Part shown: in pieces, positions 16,583 through 25,777 of the stretch
Numbering within the stretch: the first letter of the stretch is position 1
How the letters are laid out: each line of letters opens with the position of its first letter
Assembly (NCBI GenBank): GCA_040757695.1
Contig: JBFLWK010000001.1
Coordinates: 89,758-153,757, forward strand
From: Elusimicrobiota bacterium
GTDB taxonomy: Bacteria; Elusimicrobiota; UBA8919
DNA length: 64,000 bases
Direction of reading: 5' to 3'
The notes under the pieces: model-generated
The model's database searches: none
Told to the model about the DNA's origin: nothing
What the model saw: only the letters and a program-made list of their open reading frames with translations
Program-made: the position numbers and the translations under genes

Positions 16583-16757
16583 ATCGCAATTTCATCATAT
16601 CCGCTGAATCTTCCAATAACTCTTCTCGTTCAATTTTTTCTTTAATAGCATGGCTAATAAACACCCCTATTTTAATGCCTTTTTCTTTACAGTACTTTCT
16701 TATTTCAGTGATTGTATCCTGAGGTAATTTTGCAGCAAAGGATATAACTCTACTCAT
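16527..16757 (-). CDS. Putative cognate antitoxin (small acidic protein)
   Basis: 76 aa with an acidic C-terminus (EREELLEDSADMMKLRFEESAATPLEDYF), immediately upstream of and overlapping the RelE-like gene in the classic antitoxin-first arrangement. Confidence 0.45.
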   Translation of the reverse strand: MSRVISFAAKLPQDTITEIRKYCKEKGIKIGVFISHAIKEKIEREELLEDSADMMKLRFEESAATPLEDYFAKRGV

Positions 16758-17122
16758 TTTTCCCCCTTGTTAGAGAAAAGTTTACTTTCTATTATTAGTA
16801 TATAGAATATTTTACTTTTTGTCAATAGTTTTTTTGTTTTGTAAATTTTTTTATATTTAAGGTAAGGACATTAGGCAGGTTTTACCGTCTCGGAATTGGC
16901 TTTACCACTGAATACTCTGAAGTCACTGAACATACTTTTTTTCTCGCTATCTTCTGTGTCCTCTGGGGTTTCTTTCGTTTAGCCTGGAAGCCTCAGTTGA
17001 AAGTTTTCTACCGTCTAAATGCATCTAACTTTTTTGTTCGTGGTAGCCGATGCTTCAGTGCCACCGATACTGAAGCCCACAAGGGGCTGAAGTATCGGCT
17101 ACAAAAGGCACTTCAGCGTCGG
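16758..17122. repeat. 365-nt non-coding region dense in direct/inverted copies of GTAGCCGATRCTGAAG/CTTCAG motifs
   Basis: tggtagccgatgcttcagtgccaccgatactgaagccc...ggctgaagtatcggctac...cacttcagcgtcggctacc. It shares cagtgccaccgatactgaa with the element at 47114. Confidence 0.5.
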
Positions 17123-18352
17123 CTACCGATTACAATTGAGTAATTCAGGTTCAATAATTTTTTTTAGTACTTTCTGGGCTTTAAGGAGTGCTTCGGCGAG
17201 TGGTGAACGGATAACTGCCTGAACAGATGCACCAGCACGCTGACAGGATTTTTCGGTAAATTGAGTAACAATTTTGTTATGAATAATTTTTAGCGGTATT
17301 CTTTCCTTGATTCTCGGTAGATAAACAATCCTATCCGGATTCAGCTTGTTTTTTCGTGGAATACCTGTAATCCGCTGAGCATAATAACTGATATCCGGAT
17401 GGTTTTTGCCGATAATTTTTTCAGCATACTCAACCGCTTGGGCATTTTCAATATACTCCAACTCTGATAGATACGCTGCATCACCGCATTTTATCTCATC
17501 GTTGGCTGATTCAATATTTTTGTAATGGACCGGTTCTATATCTGACAATTGAAACTCGCATTTATCAACAATCTCCTGGCTATTATCTAAAAATTGTTGT
17601 GGCATCCCGGCATCCAGCATTTCTTTTTCTGATTTCAACCAGTAATGATGCGAATCAATTTTGAACGATGAAATTTTATCAAATCTGGTTTTTATAACTA
17701 AATCGTGTGAAAGCCAATCATCAATCTCTAAATAATGCACATCATTTGTAGCAACGGGCTTGACATCGTATTTTTTAGCAAGTTCTAAAAGCGCTTTGTT
17801 TGATATTTCCTCGTCGGTAATCCCGTGTTTCCCAATCTCAACATAAAAATTTGTTTGAAATATATTTTTGTATCTTAAAAAAATTTTTTCGGCTTCCGGA
17901 AAACCACTCTTTATGTAGACCTGTGATATCTGGTTAAAAAAACAACTTGTTGTCGCAATCAAGCCATCAGAATATTTTTCCAGCAGTTGCCAGTCAACAA
18001 GCCCGCGTTTCTCATAATAGTTATTCTCAAGCCAGCTATCTGAAACAAGTGATACAAGATTCTTATAACCGATAGGATTTTTAGCGAGTAATAGCAGGTG
18101 GTATCTGCTTTTATCCTTTTTGTAAATTGATTTTTTAGCATCATCAACAAAATATACTTCAACTCCAAAAATCGGTTTTATGCCATATTTTTTACAAATA
18201 TCCGAAAACTCATACATAAACGGCATCTCGCCATGCTCGGTTATTGCAATTGCGTTCTGTCCAAGTGTTTTTGCTTTTTTTATACCTTCTTCAAGTTGAA
18301 GTGCACTATCAGAAAACGAGCCAATAAAATGGTTATGCAGATGTGAAAACAT
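17123..18352 (-). CDS. PHP (polymerase/histidinol-phosphatase) domain metal-dependent phosphoesterase
   Basis: N-terminal HxH motif MFSHLHNHFIGSFSD...AIAITEHGEM; 409 aa. Confidence 0.65.
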   Translation of the reverse strand: MFSHLHNHFIGSFSDSALQLEEGIKKAKTLGQNAIAITEHGEMPFMYEFSDICKKYGIKPIFGVEVYFVDDAKKSIYKKDKSRYHLLLLAKNPIGYKNLVSLVSDSWLENNYYEKRGLVDWQLLEKYSDGLIATTSCFFNQISQVYIKSGFPEAEKIFLRYKNIFQTNFYVEIGKHGITDEEISNKALLELAKKYDVKPVATNDVHYLEIDDWLSHDLVIKTRFDKISSFKIDSHHYWLKSEKEMLDAGMPQQFLDNSQEIVDKCEFQLSDIEPVHYKNIESANDEIKCGDAAYLSELEYIENAQAVEYAEKIIGKNHPDISYYAQRITGIPRKNKLNPDRIVYLPRIKERIPLKIIHNKIVTQFTEKSCQRAGASVQAVIRSPLAEALLKAQKVLKKIIEPELLNCNR

Positions 18353-20493
18353 TATTTCTCAGGCAGATTAAATAAATCAATTTTTAGGTTCTGGTTAAAA
18401 TACAACTTTTTAAGCAACAAGTTAGTTTTTACATTAAGCGTGGGATTACTAAAATCAAGCCGATGCGGAAAAATTATTCTGCCGGCTGGTTTATAGTCGG
18501 CAAATTGTATCACAGAACCGTTGTCAAACTCCAGTTCGGTAATTGTATGCGATTTCTTGTCAATTTTTAAGTTGACAGTACTATTTTTAAAACTATAAAG
18601 ATTTTTTTCTTCATTCACAAAATTCAGTTCATCAAAACATTCGGTATCAAAAATCTTGAAAATATCTCTAACCCAGCAAAAGTCGCTAGTTAAGTCATAC
18701 ATTGTTTGAGATGGTGTAATATACACGATTGTCCCCTGTCGTAATAGAATAAGCCCTTGCGGGACTGAAAACAGCCCTAAAATTTCTACTCTGAGTTGTT
18801 TAGGTTTCTTGAAGAAAAACGGGCCATTGATACTGTAGGATTTGTTTTTATAGTTAGTTGTGGCTTTTACAAAGCCGGCAATATCTTGCAGGTTTTTGAA
18901 ACATTTTAACGCACGATTTTTTACCATTTCCGACGACCATTCCAGATTTTTTTTATATTTTCTTATTTTGTTTTCTATCAGTTTATTTCTTTCTAACTCT
19001 AATAACAATGCGGTTTCCCAGTTGTCAACCGCATTCTGAACATCGCCAACAGATAAGTAGCAATCGCCGAGATGGTCAAAAATTATAGGGTCATCCAATT
19101 TCTCAGATGCTTTTTTTAACAATTTTAATGCCTCGTCATATTCTGCCCGACGATAATACACCCAGCCAAGCGAATCAATATATGCGGGATTTTCAGGTTC
19201 TAACTCTAACGCTTGTTTAATAAACTGTTCTGCTTCTACAAGTTTTACATTCTTATCCGCCCAGGTATAGCCAAGATAATTATACGCCTGCGAAGTGGTT
19301 GTATCTATTTCTATAACCTTAAAAAACGATTGCTCTGCCAAAGCCCATTTTTTCAGTTTATCATAAACCACACCGAGTTCAAAATGATATTTAGCATTTT
19401 GTGGCTCCATTTTGAGTGCTTTGTTAAGATATTTTTCTGCTTTCTTGTAGTTATTCAGAACCTCGTAATTCATCGCCAGAAAAAAATATACATCCGGATT
19501 TTCAGAACCTAACCTGATTGCTTGTTCAAACGATTTTACTGCCTGTTTGGTATTTTCTAAAATTGTAAAAATATAGCCCTTCTGTATGTATGGTTCAGGC
19601 AATTTTTTGTTTAGATGAATTGAATGGTCAAAATATTTTAGTGCCTCATCATATTTTTTTTCATCAAGCGCAATCAAGCCAAGATAGTAATCAACCCAGT
19701 GATTTGTTGGAATAGTTTCTTTTATTTTTAACAGATATTTTTTAGCAGTTAATAAATCCTTATTAAGAATTGAAAGCCCGGCAATTTTTAGCATAGGTTC
19801 GGTATCTTCAGGAAAGATATTAAGTAATTTCTCGTATAATTCAATTGCTTTTTTGTAGTCCTTTTTTTCTTCGTAAATCCCAGCAAGCGCAACCAATGGA
19901 ACAATAGAATTGGAGTCCATCTCATATGCTTTTTTAAGATACGATTCGGCTTCAACGGGCTTATTAAGTTTGTGATACAGAATTCCGATACTTACATAGA
20001 TTTCTGGTGATTCCGGCTGTAACTGAAGATATTTTTCAAAATATGTAATTGCTTTTTCGTAATTTTTAATTTCAGCATATAGAACAGCCAGGTTATAAAG
20101 TGCTTTTTCATTTGCTGGTTCTGTTGACAAAATTTTTTCATATGCAGAGATAGCATCTTCAGGTTTTTTTTGATAAACCGATATTTCGGCAATAAGTTCA
20201 GTTGTTAATTTATCTTCAGGCTGCTGTCTGGCTATTTCAGAAATCAGTTCAGATGCGGAGTTTATATCGCCTGTTAGAAAATAGAGGCTCAGCAGTTGTT
20301 TTTTGAGATATATTGAAGCAGAATCATACACTGCAGATTTTTTATACTCGTCTATCGCTTTTTTAGAATCACCCATCAGTTCTGCGATATTGCCTAAAAT
20401 ATAATGATAGTATGCATCGGATTGGGCAGAATGAAGACAGGTAAAAGGTAAAAGGTAAAAGGTAAAAGGTAAAAGGTAAAAATACTTTTTCAT
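18352..20493 (-). CDS. TPR-repeat secreted protein with a C-terminal LolA-like/lipoprotein-sorting-like domain
   Basis: At least ten TPR units (AISAYEKILSTEP..., AITYFEKYLQLQP..., etc.). Signal peptide MKKYFYLLPFTFYLLPFTCLHSAQ encoded by heptamer repeats. C-terminal domain assignment is low-confidence. Confidence 0.6.
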   Translation of the reverse strand: MKKYFYLLPFTFYLLPFTCLHSAQSDAYYHYILGNIAELMGDSKKAIDEYKKSAVYDSASIYLKKQLLSLYFLTGDINSASELISEIARQQPEDKLTTELIAEISVYQKKPEDAISAYEKILSTEPANEKALYNLAVLYAEIKNYEKAITYFEKYLQLQPESPEIYVSIGILYHKLNKPVEAESYLKKAYEMDSNSIVPLVALAGIYEEKKDYKKAIELYEKLLNIFPEDTEPMLKIAGLSILNKDLLTAKKYLLKIKETIPTNHWVDYYLGLIALDEKKYDEALKYFDHSIHLNKKLPEPYIQKGYIFTILENTKQAVKSFEQAIRLGSENPDVYFFLAMNYEVLNNYKKAEKYLNKALKMEPQNAKYHFELGVVYDKLKKWALAEQSFFKVIEIDTTTSQAYNYLGYTWADKNVKLVEAEQFIKQALELEPENPAYIDSLGWVYYRRAEYDEALKLLKKASEKLDDPIIFDHLGDCYLSVGDVQNAVDNWETALLLELERNKLIENKIRKYKKNLEWSSEMVKNRALKCFKNLQDIAGFVKATTNYKNKSYSINGPFFFKKPKQLRVEILGLFSVPQGLILLRQGTIVYITPSQTMYDLTSDFCWVRDIFKIFDTECFDELNFVNEEKNLYSFKNSTVNLKIDKKSHTITELEFDNGSVIQFADYKPAGRIIFPHRLDFSNPTLNVKTNLLLKKLYFNQNLKIDLFNLPEK
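20440..20481. repeat. 6× GGTAAAA heptanucleotide repeat in the signal-peptide codons of the TPR gene
   Basis: aggtaaaaggtaaaaggtaaaaggtaaaaggtaaaaa; same cassette as at 12226 and 13540. Confidence 0.85.
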
Positions 20494-21005
20494 ATGATTT
20501 TTGCCATAATTACTGCATCGTCGGTATTTGAATAGTATTTTTTACGAATACATATTTTTTTAAACCCGAAGTTTTTATAGAGTGTTATCGCAGGTAGATT
20601 GGTATCCCGGACCTCAAGATATATCTTCCCATTTTTTTTTATATTAAATGATTTTACAAAATCTATTACATATTTCAACATCGTTTTCCCAAAACCCTGG
20701 CGCCTATAATTTTTTGAGACGGTAAAATTTGTAAGATGTATTTCATCATCTATACACCAGAACACAACATAGCCGACAATTTTGGAAAAAAGTGTCACTA
20801 CAAAAAAATATGAGAATTCAAGTTGCAGTTCTTTGTAAAACATTTTTGGTGTCCACGGGTCAGGATATGCTTCGTTTTCAATTTTTACTATTTCAGGTAT
20901 ATCGCCGGGAGCAGCAAATCTGATATTTAAACTATCTGTTAATTTTTTTTTGTTCATCAACATATGCATGTCTGATATACAATGGCAAAACGGTTTCATA
21001 GCCAC
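20490..21005 (-). CDS. rimI: Ribosomal-protein-alanine N-acetyltransferase (GNAT). The true start is probably ~20960, since the track ORF overlaps tsaB.
   Basis: GNAT motif RRQGFGKTML; the conserved tsaB-rimI pairing. Confidence 0.7.
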   Translation of the reverse strand: MAMKPFCHCISDMHMLMNKKKLTDSLNIRFAAPGDIPEIVKIENEAYPDPWTPKMFYKELQLEFSYFFVVTLFSKIVGYVVFWCIDDEIHLTNFTVSKNYRRQGFGKTMLKYVIDFVKSFNIKKNGKIYLEVRDTNLPAITLYKNFGFKKICIRKKYYSNTDDAVIMAKII

Positions 21006-21597
21006 CTGTTATATTTTCCTTCTTCTTGAATTTTTTATATGCTAAAAAGCCAACTGTAGAAGCCAATTGTTGGACACAAATAAAATTCGTTTCCATAAAA
21101 TTTGTTTCTGTTGCGATTTTTTTTAGTATCTCAGGTTCTCCTGCGAGCACTGATTTTTTGCCAGCAAGTTTTTCCAAATTGCTTATTTTTACTATTTTGT
21201 ATTCCGTTTCTCGCTTTAAGCCAGTATATTGGGCTGTATAGACCTCTTCACGAAACGCGTCAACTATCGGGAAAATGCGGCTTGTAAAATTTATTCCTTG
21301 TATTGCTGAATATACTAAACAATCCAAACTGGATATTCCAACAACTGGGATTTTTAAGAACTGCCCGAAAACACGAGCTAACGAAATACCTATTCTTATA
21401 CCTGTAAAAGAACCAGGACCTGTATCAACTGCAACAGCATCAAACCGGTGTTTTTTTGTTATACCATTAATAATCTCAAAAATTTTAGATGACGATTTTT
21501 TTGGCAAAAAGATATTTTGCTCTGTAATTATCTCGGTATCACAAACCAGCGCAGCACCACAGGTATTACCCGATGTTTCAATTGCAAGTATTTTCAC
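20932..21597 (-). CDS. tsaB: tRNA threonylcarbamoyladenosine biosynthesis protein TsaB
   Basis: MKILAIETSGNTCGAALV and VDTGPGSFTGIRIGISLA, the ASKHA TsaB/YeaZ core. Confidence 0.85.
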   Translation of the reverse strand: MKILAIETSGNTCGAALVCDTEIITEQNIFLPKKSSSKIFEIINGITKKHRFDAVAVDTGPGSFTGIRIGISLARVFGQFLKIPVVGISSLDCLVYSAIQGINFTSRIFPIVDAFREEVYTAQYTGLKRETEYKIVKISNLEKLAGKKSVLAGEPEILKKIATETNFMETNFICVQQLASTVGFLAYKKFKKKENITGGYETVLPLYIRHAYVDEQKKINR

Positions 21598-23537
21598 TCA
21601 GCTCTTTCTCCATTGTTTTTCACGCATCCTTCTCGTTTTATTTCAGGAAGGGGGCGGGGTTTATAAATTTTTCTGCTGAAAAATAAAATTGAAAATATGG
21701 AAACCAAAATTCCGATTGTAAAAGATACTGGCATAAAAATAAAAACTATTTTTTTGGAGTTGGGGTTGACACTTACAGCACGGGTTAAAACATCTGTTTC
21801 TTTTATTCGTGCTGGTAAACCATCAACAAAAACTCGCCAGCCTGGATAGTTATAATCCGAAAGAATAATTGTGCCATCTTTATTTATATCTTTTTCTATT
21901 TCTATTTTACTATCTTGATATTGTAAAAACTGTAAAGGCAATTTTTTTTGTGTTTTTTTATCTACAAAAATAGCGTGTGAAATATAATCGTTATTGCAAT
22001 AAATTTTCAATTCCGGTAGAAACAACGGTAAATAAATTTTTTCAACCAATACCAATCTTCTATCATTCAATACAGATGATGAGAAAATATATTTTACCGT
22101 TGATTTAGCAAGTTTTAAATACTCTGACTCGTTAACTGGTGCAAGTGGTGAATAAATATTTATAGAACTGATATTAAAAATTGTATTTATATTTGCTGGT
22201 AAATAGTTCAGATAACTTTTTTGCGATATATAATTGGTTTCCGGTTGTGTAGATAGAATATAGTTTCTAATCCACGCTTTCTTGCTATCATCTATCACTA
22301 AAACTTTTGGATTTTCTTTATCGTTTCTTAAGAACTTGACTGAAGCAGGTGGTAAAAAATAGTTCAGATTCAATACCTTATTAAAATCAAAACCAAAGTT
22401 TATCAGTTCTAAAAGAATGATTGAAAAAACTATTATTTTAAATCTTTTTAGTGTCTGAAATCCGGATGCTGAAACTATAGCAAGCGAAAATGCGACAAAA
22501 ACCAGAAAACGCTGTGGTAAACGAAAAAAATTGAAGCAGGGTATATACGAAACCAATTTGGAAATTAACGGGAATACAAGTAAAAAGAGAATTATACCGA
22601 TAACAATTCCATAAAAAAATTTGACAAATTTTTCTTTTTTATTTTTTATAAATCCGATAATCACCAGCAAAAGTGTCATAATTCCGACAAACGCACAATT
22701 CTCATATAAAATGCTATGATAATATCTGTAAGTACCTCGTACAGGATTACCAAATATATAAGGATAAATAAATAACAAAAGGTCTTTTACATAATAGCCC
22801 CAAGAAAACATATCCGCAGATACAACACCTTTAGTCCGTATAGAGTGTGGAATAAGTTCAATCGTAGGCAAAACCTGGCAAAACGCAATCTCAATTGCAA
22901 AAACAGCCGATAATAGAAAATTAAGTATATCTTTAATTTTTCTTGTATTAAATAACAACCAGAAAAATAAAACTATTCCGGTATAATACCCAATTTGTGG
23001 GAAACCTGATAACAATTGTAACGCAAAAATGGCAGACAAGAGTAGATACTTTTTTCTTATGATAAATAGAAACCCTAATGGAATCCATATACATGAATTT
23101 AATAAATTCATATGTTCAGCATGGCAGGCAAAAAAACCTGAAAGGCAGAAAATAACTGCCGCTAAAACTGCGGATATTTTTTTAAGTTTTACTTCTTTTA
23201 CAAAAAGGTACATAAAAAATCCTGCAAAAAAAATATGCAAAACATATACATAATTATACGCAATCCACTGCGGAAAAATCGCAAAAAGAATATTTAGTGG
23301 ATAAAGAAAGCCACCCTGCCCTTCCGCATGAATAGGAAAACCTAAAAATATATTATTATTCCACAGTGGAAATTCACCTGTATACAGAGAATTACCAAAG
23401 AAAAAACGTGCAGGGAAATACATCTTTGTAATATCATTGACACCAGCTTGCTGGGCTGAAAATAGTCCGAACATTAAAATTGTTTTGAAATGCAAAACAA
23501 AAATTAAAAATAACAATACTATTGATACCGCTGCCAT
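21594..23537 (-). CDS. YfhO-like polytopic membrane protein (GT-C-type glycosyl carrier lipid-dependent transferase family)
   Basis: At least 12 TM helices; N-terminal FPLWNNNIFLGFPIHAEGQGGFLYPLN resembles the YfhO signature; large C-terminal extracytoplasmic domain. Confidence 0.5.
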   Translation of the reverse strand: MAAVSIVLLFLIFVLHFKTILMFGLFSAQQAGVNDITKMYFPARFFFGNSLYTGEFPLWNNNIFLGFPIHAEGQGGFLYPLNILFAIFPQWIAYNYVYVLHIFFAGFFMYLFVKEVKLKKISAVLAAVIFCLSGFFACHAEHMNLLNSCIWIPLGFLFIIRKKYLLLSAIFALQLLSGFPQIGYYTGIVLFFWLLFNTRKIKDILNFLLSAVFAIEIAFCQVLPTIELIPHSIRTKGVVSADMFSWGYYVKDLLLFIYPYIFGNPVRGTYRYYHSILYENCAFVGIMTLLLVIIGFIKNKKEKFVKFFYGIVIGIILFLLVFPLISKLVSYIPCFNFFRLPQRFLVFVAFSLAIVSASGFQTLKRFKIIVFSIILLELINFGFDFNKVLNLNYFLPPASVKFLRNDKENPKVLVIDDSKKAWIRNYILSTQPETNYISQKSYLNYLPANINTIFNISSINIYSPLAPVNESEYLKLAKSTVKYIFSSSVLNDRRLVLVEKIYLPLFLPELKIYCNNDYISHAIFVDKKTQKKLPLQFLQYQDSKIEIEKDINKDGTIILSDYNYPGWRVFVDGLPARIKETDVLTRAVSVNPNSKKIVFIFMPVSFTIGILVSIFSILFFSRKIYKPRPLPEIKREGCVKNNGERAE

Positions 23538-23941
23538 TTTATTTCTCTTGTGTTTTCATTCTTAATCTCAATCTTAATCTCAATTCTTTTTTTAGGCGGA
23601 TTTTTTTTGCCTAATTTTTCTGCCCATTCAATTAAAGTAATTCCGTCACCATAAATATACTCGTCAAGCCCTAAATCATTTATTTCTTTTGCCGAATTTA
23701 AACGATACAAATCAATATGATAAACCTGAAATTTCCTTTTGTACTCATTTATAATTTTGAACGATGGGCTATTGACAACATTTTTTACTTTAAGCCCCTT
23801 ACAAATCCCTTGAACAAGCACAGTTTTTCCAGCACCGAGCGGTCCAATAAGATATACAATATCTTTTTTTTTAAGTGTTCGGGCTAACTTAATGCCGAAT
23901 TTTACAGTAGATTCAACTTTATTTGAGATAAAATTTCTCAT
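23519..23941 (-). CDS. tsaE: tRNA t6A biosynthesis ATPase TsaE
   Basis: Walker A LIGPLGAGKTVLVQGI; SPSFKI...YHIDLYRL. Confidence 0.85.
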   Translation of the reverse strand: MRNFISNKVESTVKFGIKLARTLKKKDIVYLIGPLGAGKTVLVQGICKGLKVKNVVNSPSFKIINEYKRKFQVYHIDLYRLNSAKEINDLGLDEYIYGDGITLIEWAEKLGKKNPPKKRIEIKIEIKNENTREIKWQRYQ

Positions 23942-25371
23942 TGTCTTACAAAAATATACAGATTATCATGCCACTGTCCGAAATCTTCAAATTTCTTTGT
24001 AAAAACAAAACCTTTTTTTTCCATTTTTTCAAGTATATCTTTTTTTTGCAAACCGAATCTGTGCATATCAAAATCTTCAATCGCAATCAATTTTATTTTC
24101 GGGTCTGAAATATAGTCCGCAAAAATTTCGTTATTTACTCTTTTATACCGTTTGCATTTATCGGTTGACCAGCCGACCTTGTGCGAGAAACAATCTTCGG
24201 TAAATTCATCCGGAATAAAACGACGCGATTGAACCGCTAATAAAGTGGAAAATGTTAAAATCGTTTCGGATTTTTTTGTGTTGTCTGCGATATAGCCAGC
24301 AACTTCATCAATTTTTTTTATCGGATTTTCTTTCTGCAAAAGATGATGTTCATTTACCAAAACAACCTGCTCCGCAAAATTCAGTAGCAAGACTACTATT
24401 AGTCCAACCGCTATGTATTTTTTTCTTCCGAATACATTTGCAAAAACATAGCCGAGAACAATAAATAGAAACGGTATATTTAGAACATTGTAATAACTTC
24501 CTCTATTACTAATCGGAAAAAGATGCGTAATAAATAATACACTAAAACTCAGCAAAATGAAAACAATTTTGCTCAAATGCTTATTTTTTCGTTTAAGAAA
24601 ATATATACAACTTATAAGAAAACTAATCGCTAAAACTGTATAATCTTTTAAGTTTGCAAGAAATGTATCCAGTATTGTAATTATCCTTTGCTTCATACTT
24701 ATAGAACCAAGATGCCCGCCAAGTATATTATATAAAAATACATCCGATGATTTAAGAATAAAAGGTAAAAAAATAATGGAATAAAATATAACCGTAATTG
24801 TGAATAACAGCCAAACTATTTTTTTCTTATTTTCACTTTCTATTATCAAATAAGCGGCTAAAATCGGAATTATTACTAAAACACTCAAACGGATTGCGGA
24901 AACGAACAATATTACCAAATACGACAATATGGTTTTATTTTTACATACTGCAAAAAACACCGCCGAATAAAGTAAAAATGCCGTAACTGCATATGTTGAA
25001 ACTACGATATAATGTATGAGAATATAAATAGAAGTTATACAAAATAAAAAATAGATGGATTCAGCGGTTTTGCCGCCGAGTTTTTTGGCAATCAAACCAC
25101 CGAATATAAGTCCTGATAAACCAAACAAAGTTGTAACGATTCTATTGATGTAAATATCCTGCCCGAATACAATATTGAGTAATCCGTAAAAAACCGGAAA
25201 TAACGGGCCCTGAACATGCGCAAAATCAAGATATGGAATTTTACCTTCAGAAACCAGTTTGCCCGCATAAAGATAAACACCTTCATCAATTATAACTGCT
25301 CTATGTGATATCAATACAACCATCAGGATTGCTAAAACAAGTATTAGAAAATTTATTTTACTTAAAGACAT
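23938..25371 (-). CDS. GT-C family glycosyltransferase, ArnT/PMT-like (GT39/GT83)
   Basis: N-terminal TM helix, then IIDEGVYLYAGKLVSEGKIPYLDFAHVQGPLFPVFYG (the DE...KPPL-type periplasmic loop of ArnT/PMT enzymes); at least 10 TM helices; C-terminal soluble domain. Confidence 0.6.
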   Translation of the reverse strand: MSLSKINFLILVLAILMVVLISHRAVIIDEGVYLYAGKLVSEGKIPYLDFAHVQGPLFPVFYGLLNIVFGQDIYINRIVTTLFGLSGLIFGGLIAKKLGGKTAESIYFLFCITSIYILIHYIVVSTYAVTAFLLYSAVFFAVCKNKTILSYLVILFVSAIRLSVLVIIPILAAYLIIESENKKKIVWLLFTITVIFYSIIFLPFILKSSDVFLYNILGGHLGSISMKQRIITILDTFLANLKDYTVLAISFLISCIYFLKRKNKHLSKIVFILLSFSVLFITHLFPISNRGSYYNVLNIPFLFIVLGYVFANVFGRKKYIAVGLIVVLLLNFAEQVVLVNEHHLLQKENPIKKIDEVAGYIADNTKKSETILTFSTLLAVQSRRFIPDEFTEDCFSHKVGWSTDKCKRYKRVNNEIFADYISDPKIKLIAIEDFDMHRFGLQKKDILEKMEKKGFVFTKKFEDFGQWHDNLYIFVRQ

Positions 25372-25777
25372 CTCTTGGCCTCGTTGGTTTTGAAAGATTA
25401 TGAATCACCGTAATATCGCCAATTTCTGAAATTTTATAACTTCCGTGACATCTTTTCCTCTTGGCGTAAAATTCCGTCTTGCAAAAGCCGGGCAGAAGCC
25501 ATAAAAAATTCCCCAAAACAATCCCATATACAGTCCCAAAAAGTTTGAATGACAATGCAATTAGAAATGCCTCTATAAAAGTACCACCACCGTAAGAAAC
25601 ATTGTAGGGCTTTATTGTTGTCTTGCCAGTTTCAACCAATTCTTTTGCTATCAAACCATATATCGCTTCCTCGCCAGAAGGATATTGATAGGTTGTAGAA
25701 AGCAAACTAAACCTTAATATCCCTACAGATAATAATATCGTAACAATAGCCAAATTTTTTATATTTTTTTTTGTCAC
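25358..25777 (-). pseudogene. Short ArnT/PMT-like N-terminal paralog fragment (139 aa); possibly a remnant, or a split N-terminal module
   Basis: YPSGEEAIYGLIAKELVETGK mirrors the DE...Y...A motif of the neighbouring GT-C genes, but the protein ends after ~3 TM helices. Confidence 0.3.

Noticed and set aside
25358-25777. Treating the 139-aa GT-C-like ORF as a bona fide independent gene
   Set aside because: It has only the N-terminal motif and ~3 TM helices of an ArnT/PMT-type enzyme, lacks the remaining helices and the C-terminal domain, and overlaps both neighbours. It is called a probable fragment or pseudogene rather than a functional CDS.
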